A DNA stretch of 64,000 bases from Takakia lepidozioides (lineage: Eukaryota; Plantae; Bryophyta): positions 36,270,001 through 36,334,000 of the forward strand of contig CM060731.1 in the NCBI GenBank assembly GCA_030704615.1. Reading direction: 5' to 3'. Made by a program: the position numbers and the translations under genes. Shown here one piece after another: positions 13,200-24,153 of the stretch (the first letter of the stretch is position 1; every line of letters starts with the position of its first letter). The notes below the pieces were generated by a model. That model did not search any database and was not told the DNA's origin. It saw only the letters and a program-made list of their open reading frames with translations.

Positions 13200-14354
13200 C
13201 GGTCCCAATATGGATGTGGCTTGATTTTATTGCAACTGTGAGCTGACGGGTACGGCCCGCGAGGTACAGCCGGAACCCCCGCTCCGGCAGCCTCGTCGGC
13301 GAGCTGGACGCCCCATGTCAAATCATCCCCACCCCTCCGCCCGTTGCCCCGCCCCCGCCCGCCCGCCCGGGACCCTTGACCCCCGCCCCACCGCTGGCCG
13401 CGCGGCGCCCATCTCCCACCCCGATCTCCAGCCACATGGCGGCCCCCCCCCCCGCTGTGGATCCCCTCACGGGTTGATCCCCCTTCCAGTGCCGGAGTGA
13501 TCCCCCACCCCATCTCCAGCCACGTGGCGCTACCCCCCAACAGTCCATCCCCTCCCCATCCATCCAACCTCAATTGAATGGATGACGGCCGGTTGAAGGT
13601 CCCATGACGCGCCCATCGCCACGTGGCGCTCTCCCGAGACGTCGCCGCTCCCCCCACGCGCCTTGATCCCCCCTCCGGACCGGGAGTGATCCCCTAACCC
13701 CAATCGCCCGCCACGTGCGGCTCCCCCGGACCGTCGATCCCCTGCGCATCCATCGGACCTCACAAACAGTGGATGTTGTGTGTCATCCGCCCCTCATCCC
13801 CCGCCATCCTCCCGCTCCCCCCGCCATCGATCCCCTTTTCCAATCGACGGCCCGATCTCCCGACACGTCGCCGGCCCCCCCCCTCCGTTGATCCCCGTCC
13901 AATGCGGTGACTAATCCCCCTCCACCCATCGGACGGCACGTGGCGCTCCCCCCGCCGCCGATCCCCTCTTCCCATCCATGGCGCGATCCCCCGACACGTC
14001 GCCGCTCCCCCCGACCTGGCTTGATCCCCACTCCAGACCCGTAGTGATCCCCCACCCCTAATCGCCCGCCACATGCTCCCCCCGAACCTTCGATCCCCTG
14101 CTCATCCATCCAACCTCAAAACAATGGATGTTTTGGGTCATCCGCCCCTCATCCCCCCGCCATCCTCCCGCGCAGTGGATGGACGACGGCCGGATGAAGG
14201 CCCCATGGCATGCCCACCGCCACGTGGCGCTCCCCCGCCGTCGATCCCCTCATCCCATCGGAGGCGCGATCCCCCGGGCCATCCCCGGCCCCCCCCCCCC
14301 CCCCCCCCCCTCGTTTGATTGATCCCCCGTCCAATTTGGTCACTGGTCCCCTCC
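13200..14354 (+). repeat. Left TIR (~1.15 kb, GC-rich, internally repetitive GATCCCC / CACGTGG modules)
   Basis: Colinear inverted match to 28429-29643 apart from a few indels of ~40 bp. Confidence 0.9.
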
Positions 14355-14968
14355 AGCCATCGGCCGCCACGTGGTGCTCCCCTAAACCGAGGATCCCCTG
14401 CGCATCCATCCAACCTCAAAACTAGGTCATCCGCGGTCCCCCGGCATTCGATCCCATCCTCCCATCCAGGTGGCGATCCCCCGGGCCACTCCCCCCGCCT
14501 CGGTTGATGCCCCGTCCAAACCTGGAATTGATCCCCCTCTCTTCTTCTACCACCACGTGGCGGTCTCCGTAGCCATCGATCCCCTCGTCCCATCCAAGAC
14601 CCGATCCCCCGAGCCACCGCTCCCCCCGCCTCTGGTTGATCCCCCGCCGCCGCCATGCCACGTGTCTTCCCACCCTGACCCCCCCGCGCGTCAACGGTGG
14701 AACAGTTGATCGTTCCCCCCCATGGCGGTCCCCTCTCCGTTGATCCCCCACACCACCTGGACTGATCCCCCATCCTTCCACTCCCCCCCCCCCCAGGAGC
14801 GATCCCCCTTCCACGTGTCAAATGTCAGGGTTGTTTGCACGTGGCTATCATTCTGTTCATCTATGTCGTCCTCCCCCATCCAATGGCCATGCACGTCCCC
14901 ACCATTTTGGTCTGTCACATGAACGGTGTGGATGTATTGAAATTTAGGGTTTCCGGCTGCTCACAAAT

Positions 14969-15912
14969 TTGATCCTCTTTGCGCGCGTGTATGCTGCACT
15001 TGCGCGTGTAGTTTGCTACTCTGTACTGTTTCTGCAGAACGCGTGTGGTCTGCGGATGTGTACTGTTCCTGCAGGGGTGCCGGGCATCATGACTGGATTT
15101 GCACGTCATTCCTTCTATCACAGCTGCGTTGGCACGTTGCAAATCCCCCCGGATGGTTCCTTCAACCACAAGTCGCTTATATGGACTCCAACTATTTCAA
15201 GTGGAGGTGGACATCGTGTATATACGGATGTTGCGGTCATTCCTTGGAGTAGGATCGACGATTTTGTGAGAGGGGAGGAAGAAAGGGCAGAGGCGCCCAC
15301 TCACTTCAACAGAACGGTGCCTAAAAAGGGAAAGCATGAGGAGGGCGAGCTCTTAGCTCCAAGGCCAATAGTTGCTCTGTTGTGATAAAGTCCGCCTTCA
15401 CCTTTGTGGTTTCTGGATGGTCTCTATGTGTTCTTTGTAATGGCATGCTGCTTGTTTGCATTGTTTGCTCTTCTATTGTGTCAAAATGCTATGCTCTCTT
15501 GCTCCGAGTATTCCACTCCGCCGACATACTTCTCATCATTGTTCAGGTTCCATTGTACTTATGGACCTGAGGACAAGCGCACAAATGTAATACCTGTCAA
15601 TAAACATTCTTTGAAGAAAAGGAACGGTAGGAGAGGGTGTGTGCTGGATGCTTCATCGCCTTCTTACAACAACCACAAAGGGCCGAGATGGAAGAAAGTC
15701 GTTCAGGGAGAGTCCATCAAGAGGGGTTGCCTCTGTCAGTTTAGGATTGGACGATGCTACCTGGATCCTTCTCTTGTTGTCATAACATACTACAACAAAA
15801 ACAATGTTGATGGATGTGACAAGGTCTGTCATGGCCACATTGACCCGACTTCAAGTAACACCCGTTTCGCGCACGCACCTCACCTTAGTGAAGAGGTTAA
15901 GATGTGGATAAC
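14969..15912 (+). pseudogene. N-terminal part of a MULE/SWIM-family transposase, interrupted by LTR insertion
   Basis: IPWSRIDDFVRGEE; FHCTYGPED; KRGCLCQFRI...VVITYYNKNNVDGCDKVCHG...APHLSEEVK, resembling the N-terminus of plant MULE-derived SWIM proteins. Similarity ends exactly at the LTR edge (TGTCG, 15913). Confidence 0.7.
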
Positions 15913-16621
15913 TGTCGTGCGCATACATATCGCTACACAACTACATCGCTGTCCAAAACCACACAACACATGTGCACACCACACACTAGTATACCACTAG
16001 TCCACCACTAGTCCAGCCACTAGTCCAACCACTAGGCTACAACTAGTCAGTCACTAGGCTGCCACTATGCTGCCCACTATGGCAGTCACCAGTCCACACA
16101 ATGATAAAGAAAGAAGAAAGAAGACATACAAGCACAAGCTCATGAGAGCTCACAAAGCTGAAGCATAAACTCATGCATATATAACCTCATCACTCAAATA
16201 CAAGTCAAGCCAAGTGCACCCCACGCCATGGGGAATCCACACTACGGCGCCATAGCTAGGCGCGGTGAGGCTCAACTCGAGAAAGATGAGCCTTCCGCGC
16301 TTGCCATGAAGATAACCACTCCAGGGCCTAAATCTGCCTTGACCCCTGGATTGACACTTGGGCCAATCCCAAATGTCAATATGTAAAAGCTAGCTATTTC
16401 CTAGCTAGTTTCACACTAGTGGTAAAATAACTTGACAGCTGTCGTGGGCATACATATCGCTACACAACTACATCGTTGTCCACACAACACATGTGCACAC
16501 CACACACTAGTATACCACTAGTCCACCACTAGTCCAGCCACTAGTCCAACCACTAGGCTACAACTAGTCAGTCACTAGGCTGCCACTATGCTGCCCACTA
16601 TGGCAGTCACTAGTCCACACA
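15913..16621 (-). repeat. 3' LTR of the Ty3/gypsy element, with A-B-A structure
   Basis: On the minus strand it follows a G-rich PPT-like tract (~16625-16633), starts TGTG and ends GACA. 15913-~16099 is repeated at 16440-16621. No matching 5' LTR was seen in the window. Confidence 0.7.
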
Positions 16622-16881
16622 ATCGCCCCCCTAGCTGGTGCTTAGGTCCCTCTAAGTCCAGGTAGCCACAAGATGTGATAGTGACCATAGCCTCACTAAG
16701 TCCTCCACCACTATCCCTACTACACTCAAACTCGATAGATCAAGAGGCCGGGTGCAAGAGTTGCCCCATCGTTAGTCGCCGTCTTGCAACCTGTGAACTT
16801 GAGCTTGGGATCTCATGTATTGACTCCTATGAGCTTGGCCTCCCATGTCTTGTTAGCTGCCTCCAGTCATGTCCACTGCCA

Positions 16882-17040
16882 CTATCCCAAGCAGTGTGGA
16901 CACAACCAATCTCCGTTAGGAACCTTCTCAAGAGGTGGTGTCAAGCATCCCATATGCCAACCCCTTGAGCATCGATCACACACCAGCATGGTGGCTGCCC
17001 TTTGGCAGACCCACAGAGCATGCACCTCAAACCTGCAGGT
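16882..17040 (-). CDS. PHD finger at the C-terminus of the retroelement pol
   Basis: CQRAATMLVCDRCSRGWHMGCLTPPLEKVPNGDWLCPHC: PHD spacing with the CLxPPL..VP.G.W.C signature. Confidence 0.85.
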   Translation of the reverse strand, partial: TCRFEVHALWVCQRAATMLVCDRCSRGWHMGCLTPPLEKVPNGDWLCPHCLG

Positions 17041-18212
17041 ACCACTGCCAGTTTGGGTCAACTCTGCCATCGACATTGGGAAGGTGACATGGCGCACAAT
17101 TACGCACATGGTCATTCCAAGTCATGCCATCCCGACCCTCCAAGATCAGGACCCCTGAGGGCAACACCTCTCGAACCCTCAGAATAACACGCCCTGCAGT
17201 AACATCCAGAGTCGTAGGAGCAGTCTGCTGCAAATAACATAGTCACCAGGGCTAAACCTCCAAACCCCAGGACGATATCCTCCACCACGTATAGTGGCAT
17301 ACCTCAACGTATCATGGTGCTGTGCAATGGCAAGGTTCTCAAAGCCATGGGCATGACTTTCTTGAACAACTCTGCACGCTGATCACATGCACGTACCCAC
17401 ACGTCGGATCGTCAAGGTTAAGGACTTGAGCAGTGTCCCTACGAATGGCTGCAGGCAAATCCGGCTCTCGGCCAAAGAGAAGGAAATATGGTGAGAAGGA
17501 GGCAAGTGATGCTTGTTTGCTGAACCTGTAGCCCATGGCTAACCAAGGAACCTGAAGATCCCAATCTCCTAGGTGTCCCTTCTGCAAGCCATACTTGCGC
17601 AAACCCCTCTTCACCGTCTGAACAACTCTCTCTGCTAAGCCATCGGCCTCAGGATGATCCCGAGAAGTGGTGCGGTGTTCTATCAAGGCTTTATCACACA
17701 AAGCCTGAAACTCCCCCAAAAACTCTCTCCCTTGGTCCGTGAGTACCTCAGCTGGAGCACCAAATCGGCTAAGCACACGATCCAAGAATGCATACGCAGC
17801 CCCCTCACTAGCCTTGTCAGGCAATGGAACCAACTCAATCCACTTGGAGAAGTGCTCCACCATCACCAACACATATCTGTGGTGGCGCATAGTCAGTGGC
17901 AACGGTCCTGCGAAGTCAAGACTCCACCTGTAGCCCAATCCCATGATTGGTAAAGGATGCAACTGTGGTGTAGGGGCGTTGAATGAAAGCACGCACCCTG
18001 TCACACACCATGCACCTAGCCACGAACTGTTGCACCTCTGTATGCATACCACGCCACCAATACTGCCCCTGCAGTAAACTGTGAGTGCGTCGCACTCCAA
18101 AATGCCCCAACTCCTCATGGGCATGCCGCACTAACCGTGCACGCTGTGTGGGGTGAGGCACAATCCTCACCCGACCATCTCCCACACTCGAAGTAGGTGT
18201 ATCCCCTCCCAC
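17027..18212 (-). CDS. Retroelement integrase (frameshifted)
   Basis: HEELGH...WWRGM...CMVC zinc finger; WSLDFAGP...VLTDQGREF...ADGLAERVVQT D-D-E core. Confidence 0.92.
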
Positions 18213-19851
18213 TTGAACCTCTTGGCTCGTTGCAGGATCCGATCTCTCTCCTGGCAGTCACAATGGCTGTCGTGTCTCCCGTGCGGAGGTAGTCCAACAC
18301 AGCCGAATCCTCATGTATATCTCTGGCACCACCTAGCTCATCACTAGCCTCAGGGTCCTCAGACACTCCGTCTACAGTCATCCCTGTTGTAGGTCCAATC
18401 TGACCTCCCGATGCCAAGATACACAAAAATGCAGATGCGTGCCATCCCGACACCATCTCCTCGTCCGTCTCACCATGCCACCGAGCTCCAGTGTCATCCT
18501 GCTGGCTCATGCATGGATTGCGACTCAATCCATCCGCATCCCGATTGACCAAACCCGGTCGATGCACAACCTGAAAGTCATACTCCTGGAGTATAAGTGC
18601 CCACCGTGCAAGCTTCCCCGTAAGCTTGTCTGACTCCATCAACCACTTGAGTGGCTGGTGATCCGTGACAAGGGTGAAAAGATTGCCGTATAGATAGCAC
18701 CTGAAGTGTGCCACGGCCCACACTGCAGCTAAGCACTCTCCCTCATATGAGCTGTACTTAGCCTCTGCAGCGTTGTTCGAGCGGCTAGCGTAAGCCACTA
18801 CGAACTCTCTTCCCTCATCATCCACCTGTGTGAGCACCGCTCCAAGCCCCAGCATGCTCCAATCCGTATGCAGCTGAAAGGGACGCCCCCTGATAGGTCG
18901 TCTCAAGATAGGCGCCGAGGTCAACCTCGCCTTGAGCTCTTGAAAAGCTCGTTCCTGCTCATCTTCCCACTGCCACTCCTGGTCCACCTTGGTCAGCTTG
19001 GTTAGAGCCTTTGCAATGGTACTAAATCCCTTGACAAACCGTCTATAATAGTTTGCCAACCCCATGAAAGCTCGAACTCGGCTCACATCCGTGGGGCGTG
19101 GAATTTGTGCAATGGCCTCTACCTTAGTCTGCTGTACCCCCAATCCTCCAGGATATATCATGTGACCCAGATACTCAATCTGGTTGTGGAAAAACTTGCA
19201 CTTCCCCGGATGCAACTTCAATCCGTGCGCTCTCAAGCGCTCCAATACCACCTGAAGGTGTCTCTCATGCTCCTCCATCGTAACACTAAAGATGATGATG
19301 TCATCTATGTAGCACCGAGCAAAGTCCACCCCTGCTAGAATCCTATCCATGACTCTCTGAAACTCTGCAGGAGCATTCTTAAGCCCAAATGGTAAGAACC
19401 GCCACTGATATAGGCAATCCTTGCCGTGCTCATTGATCCCCCAGAATGCCGTCTTCTGCTTGTCCGCCTCCTTGATTGGCAACTGGTGATATCCGGATCG
19501 TAAATCCAAAGTGCTAAAGGCCTTAGCATGCCCGATGGCATCAAAGATCTCCTCTGGTGTTGGCATGGCATACTTATCGGACTTGGTCTGACGATTTACA
19601 GGCCGGTAATCACCGCACATACGTCTCTCCGTCCAATTGCCATAGACATCCTTCTTGGCTGGCATCACTGTGGCTGAAGCATACTCTCCACCAGAGAGCT
19701 CCACCAAACCTGCCTCCCAGAGATCTTGAGTCCTCATCTGAATCAAAGACCTCTCCATGTCACTGTATCTATAGGGTCTCCGAAAGATTGGCGTGTCAGT
19801 GGCCAACTCAATACGGATCTCTTGACCCTTCAGTGCTCCCAAGTCCTTCAA
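18115..19851 (-). CDS. Reverse transcriptase + RNase H (Ty3/gypsy)
   Basis: RMCGDYRPVN, LDLRSGYHQ, LPFGLKNAP, YIDD, LHTDWS, ECLAAVWA, TDHQPLKW, ADGLSR. Confidence 0.97.
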   Translation of the reverse strand: MKDLGALKGQEIRIELATDTPIFRRPYRYSDMERSLIQMRTQDLWEAGLVELSGGEYASATVMPAKKDVYGNWTERRMCGDYRPVNRQTKSDKYAMPTPEEIFDAIGHAKAFSTLDLRSGYHQLPIKEADKQKTAFWGINEHGKDCLYQWRFLPFGLKNAPAEFQRVMDRILAGVDFARCYIDDIIIFSVTMEEHERHLQVVLERLRAHGLKLHPGKCKFFHNQIEYLGHMIYPGGLGVQQTKVEAIAQIPRPTDVSRVRAFMGLANYYRRFVKGFSTIAKALTKLTKVDQEWQWEDEQERAFQELKARLTSAPILRRPIRGRPFQLHTDWSMLGLGAVLTQVDDEGREFVVAYASRSNNAAEAKYSSYEGECLAAVWAVAHFRCYLYGNLFTLVTDHQPLKWLMESDKLTGKLARWALILQEYDFQVVHRPGLVNRDADGLSRNPCMSQQDDTGARWHGETDEEMVSGWHASAFLCILASGGQIGPTTGMTVDGVSEDPEASDELGGARDIHEDSAVLDYLRTGDTTAIVTARREIGSCNEPRGSSGRGYTYFECGRWSGEDCASPHTACTVSAACP

Positions 19852-20309
19852 ACTGAAGGCAAAGCAATTCTTGTAAGCCCTCAGGAACCGCCGTATACGT
19901 CGTCTCTCTCCTCCGGTGACAATGGGTCCAATGTCAGGCTCCCAATTGTCCTCCGTAACTGCAACCTTAAGTCCAGTGGGCTTAGAGGTAGAGGACGCGT
20001 CCCATGGTTGCTATGCTGCAACCTCTTGAGCAGTACTCCCTGCCTGCTCAGTCAATGACAAGACCTCATCCTGCCCCATCATCTCATCATTGAGGACCTC
20101 CTCAACCCGAGAAGAATCCCCAACCTCATTTATCACAGCCGCCTTGGCTGCCAACTCTCTGAACCTCGAGCACCTCCCACGTGTGCCATGGATGCCTGCA
20201 CCCCGTGGTCCTCACATGCTCGCCCCCACTCACTGCCTGTACCGTCTCGGTAGGCAGAGAGACCATCGAGGGAAGTGTACTCCGCACTCTGCGTTGCTCA
20301 GCCAGAGCC

Positions 20310-21245
20310 AAGCTGATAATCCAGGTCAAGCAATTGAGATCACTTGACGACGTGATGCCTCAGAAAGAGACGACACCGCCGTGGTACCAGTGGTAAAACC
20401 CATTGCCCGCTCATGCTCGTCAGCATTAGGCTCCACTAACTGCTGCAACTGAGCATCCCACAGGAGGCCAGGTCCACTATCCCGGAAAACATGCGATCCT
20501 GGGAAGCTGAGCAGTGTAGGTAATGCTGCTCGTGGTTGACCCACCTTGTTGACCACTGCCAAAGGCGAACGGTCATCGTGTCTCACACGCTGAGACTGCC
20601 TCCCTGTGTCCAGAATGTTATCCACTGTGAGATGTGCTGGCCGCTGCACCCCATCAAATGCACGCTTGAGCAGTGCAGGTGGCATCAAGTTAGTCCACCA
20701 TAGCCGTGGACGATGAGCCCGTGACCCCACTGTAGCTGCATCTAGCAACACTGCTGACCCAAGCCACGACCGGACTTGATGCACACTGGCCATCACCCTG
20801 GCCCGAGAATCGCCCATCAGTGGCACATTCTCCAAGATGTATGCTGGAGATACAGCTTGATGAAGCTGCAAGTGGCGCAAAACCCGCACCATCTCCCAAA
20901 ACAGACCCGACCTCGAGTCTCGCAATCCATTGCCATGCCCGGCTGATGAATGCCCTTGGCAGGGCCAACCTGCCACTACCAGATCAATGGAGCCAACCCG
21001 CTCCAAATCCTGCGCCCCCAGCAACGAAATGTCTGCTGGCAAGGCCTGCTGATATCCACGAATTGCAGACACCGACAACAACTCAGGGTACCGCTGCACC
21101 AACTGAGCAACATGGCGAAGTGAAACGCGTCGTGCAGTCTCATCCCTCTCCACATAAGGTAACGCCGAACTCGTACACCTGCTTGTAACACAGCAGCCAA
21201 TCCGGTGCTGATCCCAGCAAACAAGTCCAGAAGACAAATGCCTTC
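20310..21245 (-). CDS. C5 cytosine DNA methyltransferase domain (DNMT3-like) inside the retroelement polyprotein, frameshifted
   Basis: Motif I LLDLFAGISTG; II YVERD; IV IDLVVAGWPCQ; VI YILENV; VIII AHRPRLWWTN; IX EHERAMGF; X RRQV..(deletion)..DLNCL. Non-permuted order. Frameshift near 21160. Confidence 0.92.
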
Positions 21246-23975
21246 ATCCGGATACTGCCACACAATAGGTGTGGTGTCCAATGGAGACAATTGAGGTGGT
21301 CCTGGTGCAATCCCCACACTCTCCTCCTCTCCTGACGGTACAAAAGCCTCCACCCGGGCTTGTTGCACCCGTCGATCAGTATCCCGCTGCAAATCCTTGC
21401 TCGTGCCCCACAATGGAGTCTGAGCAACCATGGTAGGCAACTCCGCCATACCATACAGGTCATCCTGCTCTCCTGGAGGTGGTACATCCTCTGAATGAGT
21501 ATTGCCCTCAAGCAACTCTCTAGGCCAACTCACTGCCGTTGTGAATGCTGCTAGTGTCGGCATCTTGCCTCGCTGGGCAACCGCAACTCCTCCTATGAAC
21601 GTCACAGGGAGCTGCACACGCCGGCCCTCCCCTGACTGCCATGCAGGCCTATAGGAAGCTGACTCCTCCCAAAAATCCAGGGTGAAGCCCATGGGGTACA
21701 ACACTGCCCCACCAACCAGGACATCGTATGAGACTGCGTCTGTCACAATGGCCTTGGCTCGCATCACTGAGCCATCTATAGGGTGATCCGGCCGTAGTCT
21801 AATAGCCAACTCACGCCGTGTCATGCCCCGAGCCTGCTCCGATCCTCCCAGAGACGTCTGTATCTGGAAAGGACAAGGCTCCATATCCGCCTCCGTGAGG
21901 CCCAAGCCTGCAATAGCAGCTCTGCCCAGCATCATTGGCTGAGCTCCCGAGTCCAACAAGACCCGCAGTGGCCGGTACCTCTTGCTTGCCGGTCCACTCA
22001 AACAGAAAATGCCATCCTGGTTGTCTAACATGACAACTCCAGGTGTCACCATGGCGCGCTCAATGGCTGGCCTAGCTGGCAGCTCCATCAACCTAGCAGC
22101 TGCAGCTTGCCATGGCGCCGCCGTGGCAGTCTTGACCCTCAAATCCGAGGATCCCTCCGGCACTACACCTCCCACTATCTCCGCAGAAGATGAAGTAACC
22201 TCCCCACTCTCACAGAGTGTAGCTACCAGCCTGAACACCTCAGCTGGTTTTACCCCCGGCGTCGCAATCATGGTAGCCGAGAACAATGGAGCCTGGCACA
22301 CAGATGTGGCCGCTCCTAGCAGCACACTAGCTGCCGTAGCCTTGGCGACACTAGGTAGTGGTGCTACCCGTGTAGCTCTCCCCAATGGCATAGTAACCTC
22401 CGCCTCGGTAACAGTCGGGCAAGAACTAGGTGCCATGGATGGCGTCGACACTGTCTCCGCCAATGTGAATGACTGAGGAAGCCTAGCCTGACGGCTTGCC
22501 TCCCCACGCTGTGGATCCAACTCCACCTCTGCACCTCGTGGCTCAGGAACTCGTGCTGCTTCTCGAGTCACGGCTGCAGCAGACTCCACCTGCACTAGTG
22601 GTAGTGCTGCTCCACACATGAATCCCATGCCTCCCATATCTCCTCCCTCAGGAGCAGGAGGTGGACCATCCGGCCTTAGAGCCGGTACCACCTGAGCTGT
22701 AGCCATGGCAGCGAGCCTCTGCTCTAGCTGCTGAAGCTGGTTGGCCATGCCTTGGTCAACACCCTGACCTCCGCATCCTTGGCCACGTTGAGCTTGCCCT
22801 TGGCCTGCACCTCGTGGCTGGCCACCTCGTCCTCTCTGGGCTGCTCCACCTCGCCCCCGGCCACCATTATCCCCTTGGAACTGGCCTGAGCGCAACTCAG
22901 GATGCAAACCATAACACTGGGCCTCTCCATGCCCGTGCTTGCCACAATGCCCACACTGCAACTGTGCAGGCTGTGCATGTGCCGACCCTTTGCCTCCCTC
23001 TGGGCAGTCCTTCTTGACATGGGGTCCTCCACATGTCTAGCACACCACATCCGCCCATTGTTGGCCAGCAAATGAAGGGAGAGACCCCTGCATCTGAGGT
23101 CCTCTCTGCCCTTCCCTGAGCTTCACCTGAGCCCCCTTGTTGCCTTGAGCACGTTGAGGTAGTGGTTGGCTAGGAGCACCACTACCCCGTGGTGTCTCCT
23201 TAGCAAATCCCACCATGACCACTCGTTCCTCCACCATGTTGAGCTCTATCCGCTCTGCCAGCAAAAACACATTTGTTAAGGTGGGTTGGGCCGCTTGTAG
23301 GAGAGTTGCATCCCGCACCCTTCTCCTCAGCTTCTTATCCAATATCCCATACCAGAATTGGACTGCCTGAGCTTCCGTAATCCCTTGGGTTACATTTATC
23401 AAACGCCTCATGCGAATGAAAGCCTCCCTCAAGCTCTCGGTCGGCTTCCGTTGGAACTCTTGCAAGCTCCACAACTTCTCTGTCCTCACCCCTTGGTAGT
23501 TCCCTCTCAACTCTTCGAAGAACTCCACAATAGGGTTGAAGGCAGGCACGGGTGCTAGTGCTGGTGCGGTAGTGGCTTGGGTGGACGTCGTAGCTACTGT
23601 ACCACCAGTCCCACTAGTTCCACTGCTACTTGCTGAAGCTGCCGGTGCAGCGGCAGGTGTAGCCACTGCTCTCGTGGCTCTAGTGCCCCTAGTGATGGAG
23701 ACATAGTCGGGTGACTAGTACATCCTCCACTCCTCGATCTCAACCTCATGCCCCCGCCTGAACTCATGGTAATCATCCATAGGCGGCCCCTCAAGGTGCT
23801 GAAACAGCCCTTTCCATGCCATGAACGGCGTAAATAGTTGTGTATTGCGCATTTGCTGCAAATCACACCAACTATCAAACTCTTGGATAAAATCATCCAA
23901 CTCGATGGTGCCCACCGCCCCAGAGTACCTTCGTGGCCCCTTGGTAGCTCCATACATCTCCTCCATTGTGTCCCA
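21246..23975 (-). CDS. Gag, zinc knuckles and aspartic protease of the retroelement (disrupted)
   Basis: Gag-like ELDDFIQEFDSWC and LQEFQRKPTESLREAFIRM; CCHC knuckle CGHCGKHGHGEAQC; protease VLLDSGA...YDVLVG. In frame with DNMT motif I in ORF 20976-22961. Confidence 0.85.
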
Positions 23976-24153
23976 CAGGGGGGGACCAGGGTCACACATG
24001 GATGCATGCTTCGTAGAAGACCGATCTGGGGGAGCAGACAAAACCTCGGGAGTAGAGGTGGGGGCTGCCAGGGCTAAAGGGAGACCAGAAAGGGAGGGAG
24101 CAGTGATACACACTAAAGCAGTACCAGATGAGGGGGGAGCACAAAAAGAAAAC

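Larger units (their letters stand above)
15913..23975 (-). mobile_element. 5'-truncated, defective Ty3/gypsy LTR retrotransposon: gag-ZnK-PR-DNMT-RT-RH-INT-PHD
   Basis: Domain order read from consecutive minus-strand ORFs; RT-RNaseH precede integrase (gypsy order). Several frameshifts and stops. Confidence 0.93.

Noticed and set aside
13196-14922. Many Gly/Pro/Arg-rich ORFs (also 28237-29742)
   Set aside because: Artefacts of GC-rich repetitive TIR sequence, open in several frames on both strands.
20310-21245. Host DRM/DNMT3 gene
   Set aside because: Intronless, continuous with the retroviral protease and followed by RT. Motif order is not permuted as in DRM.
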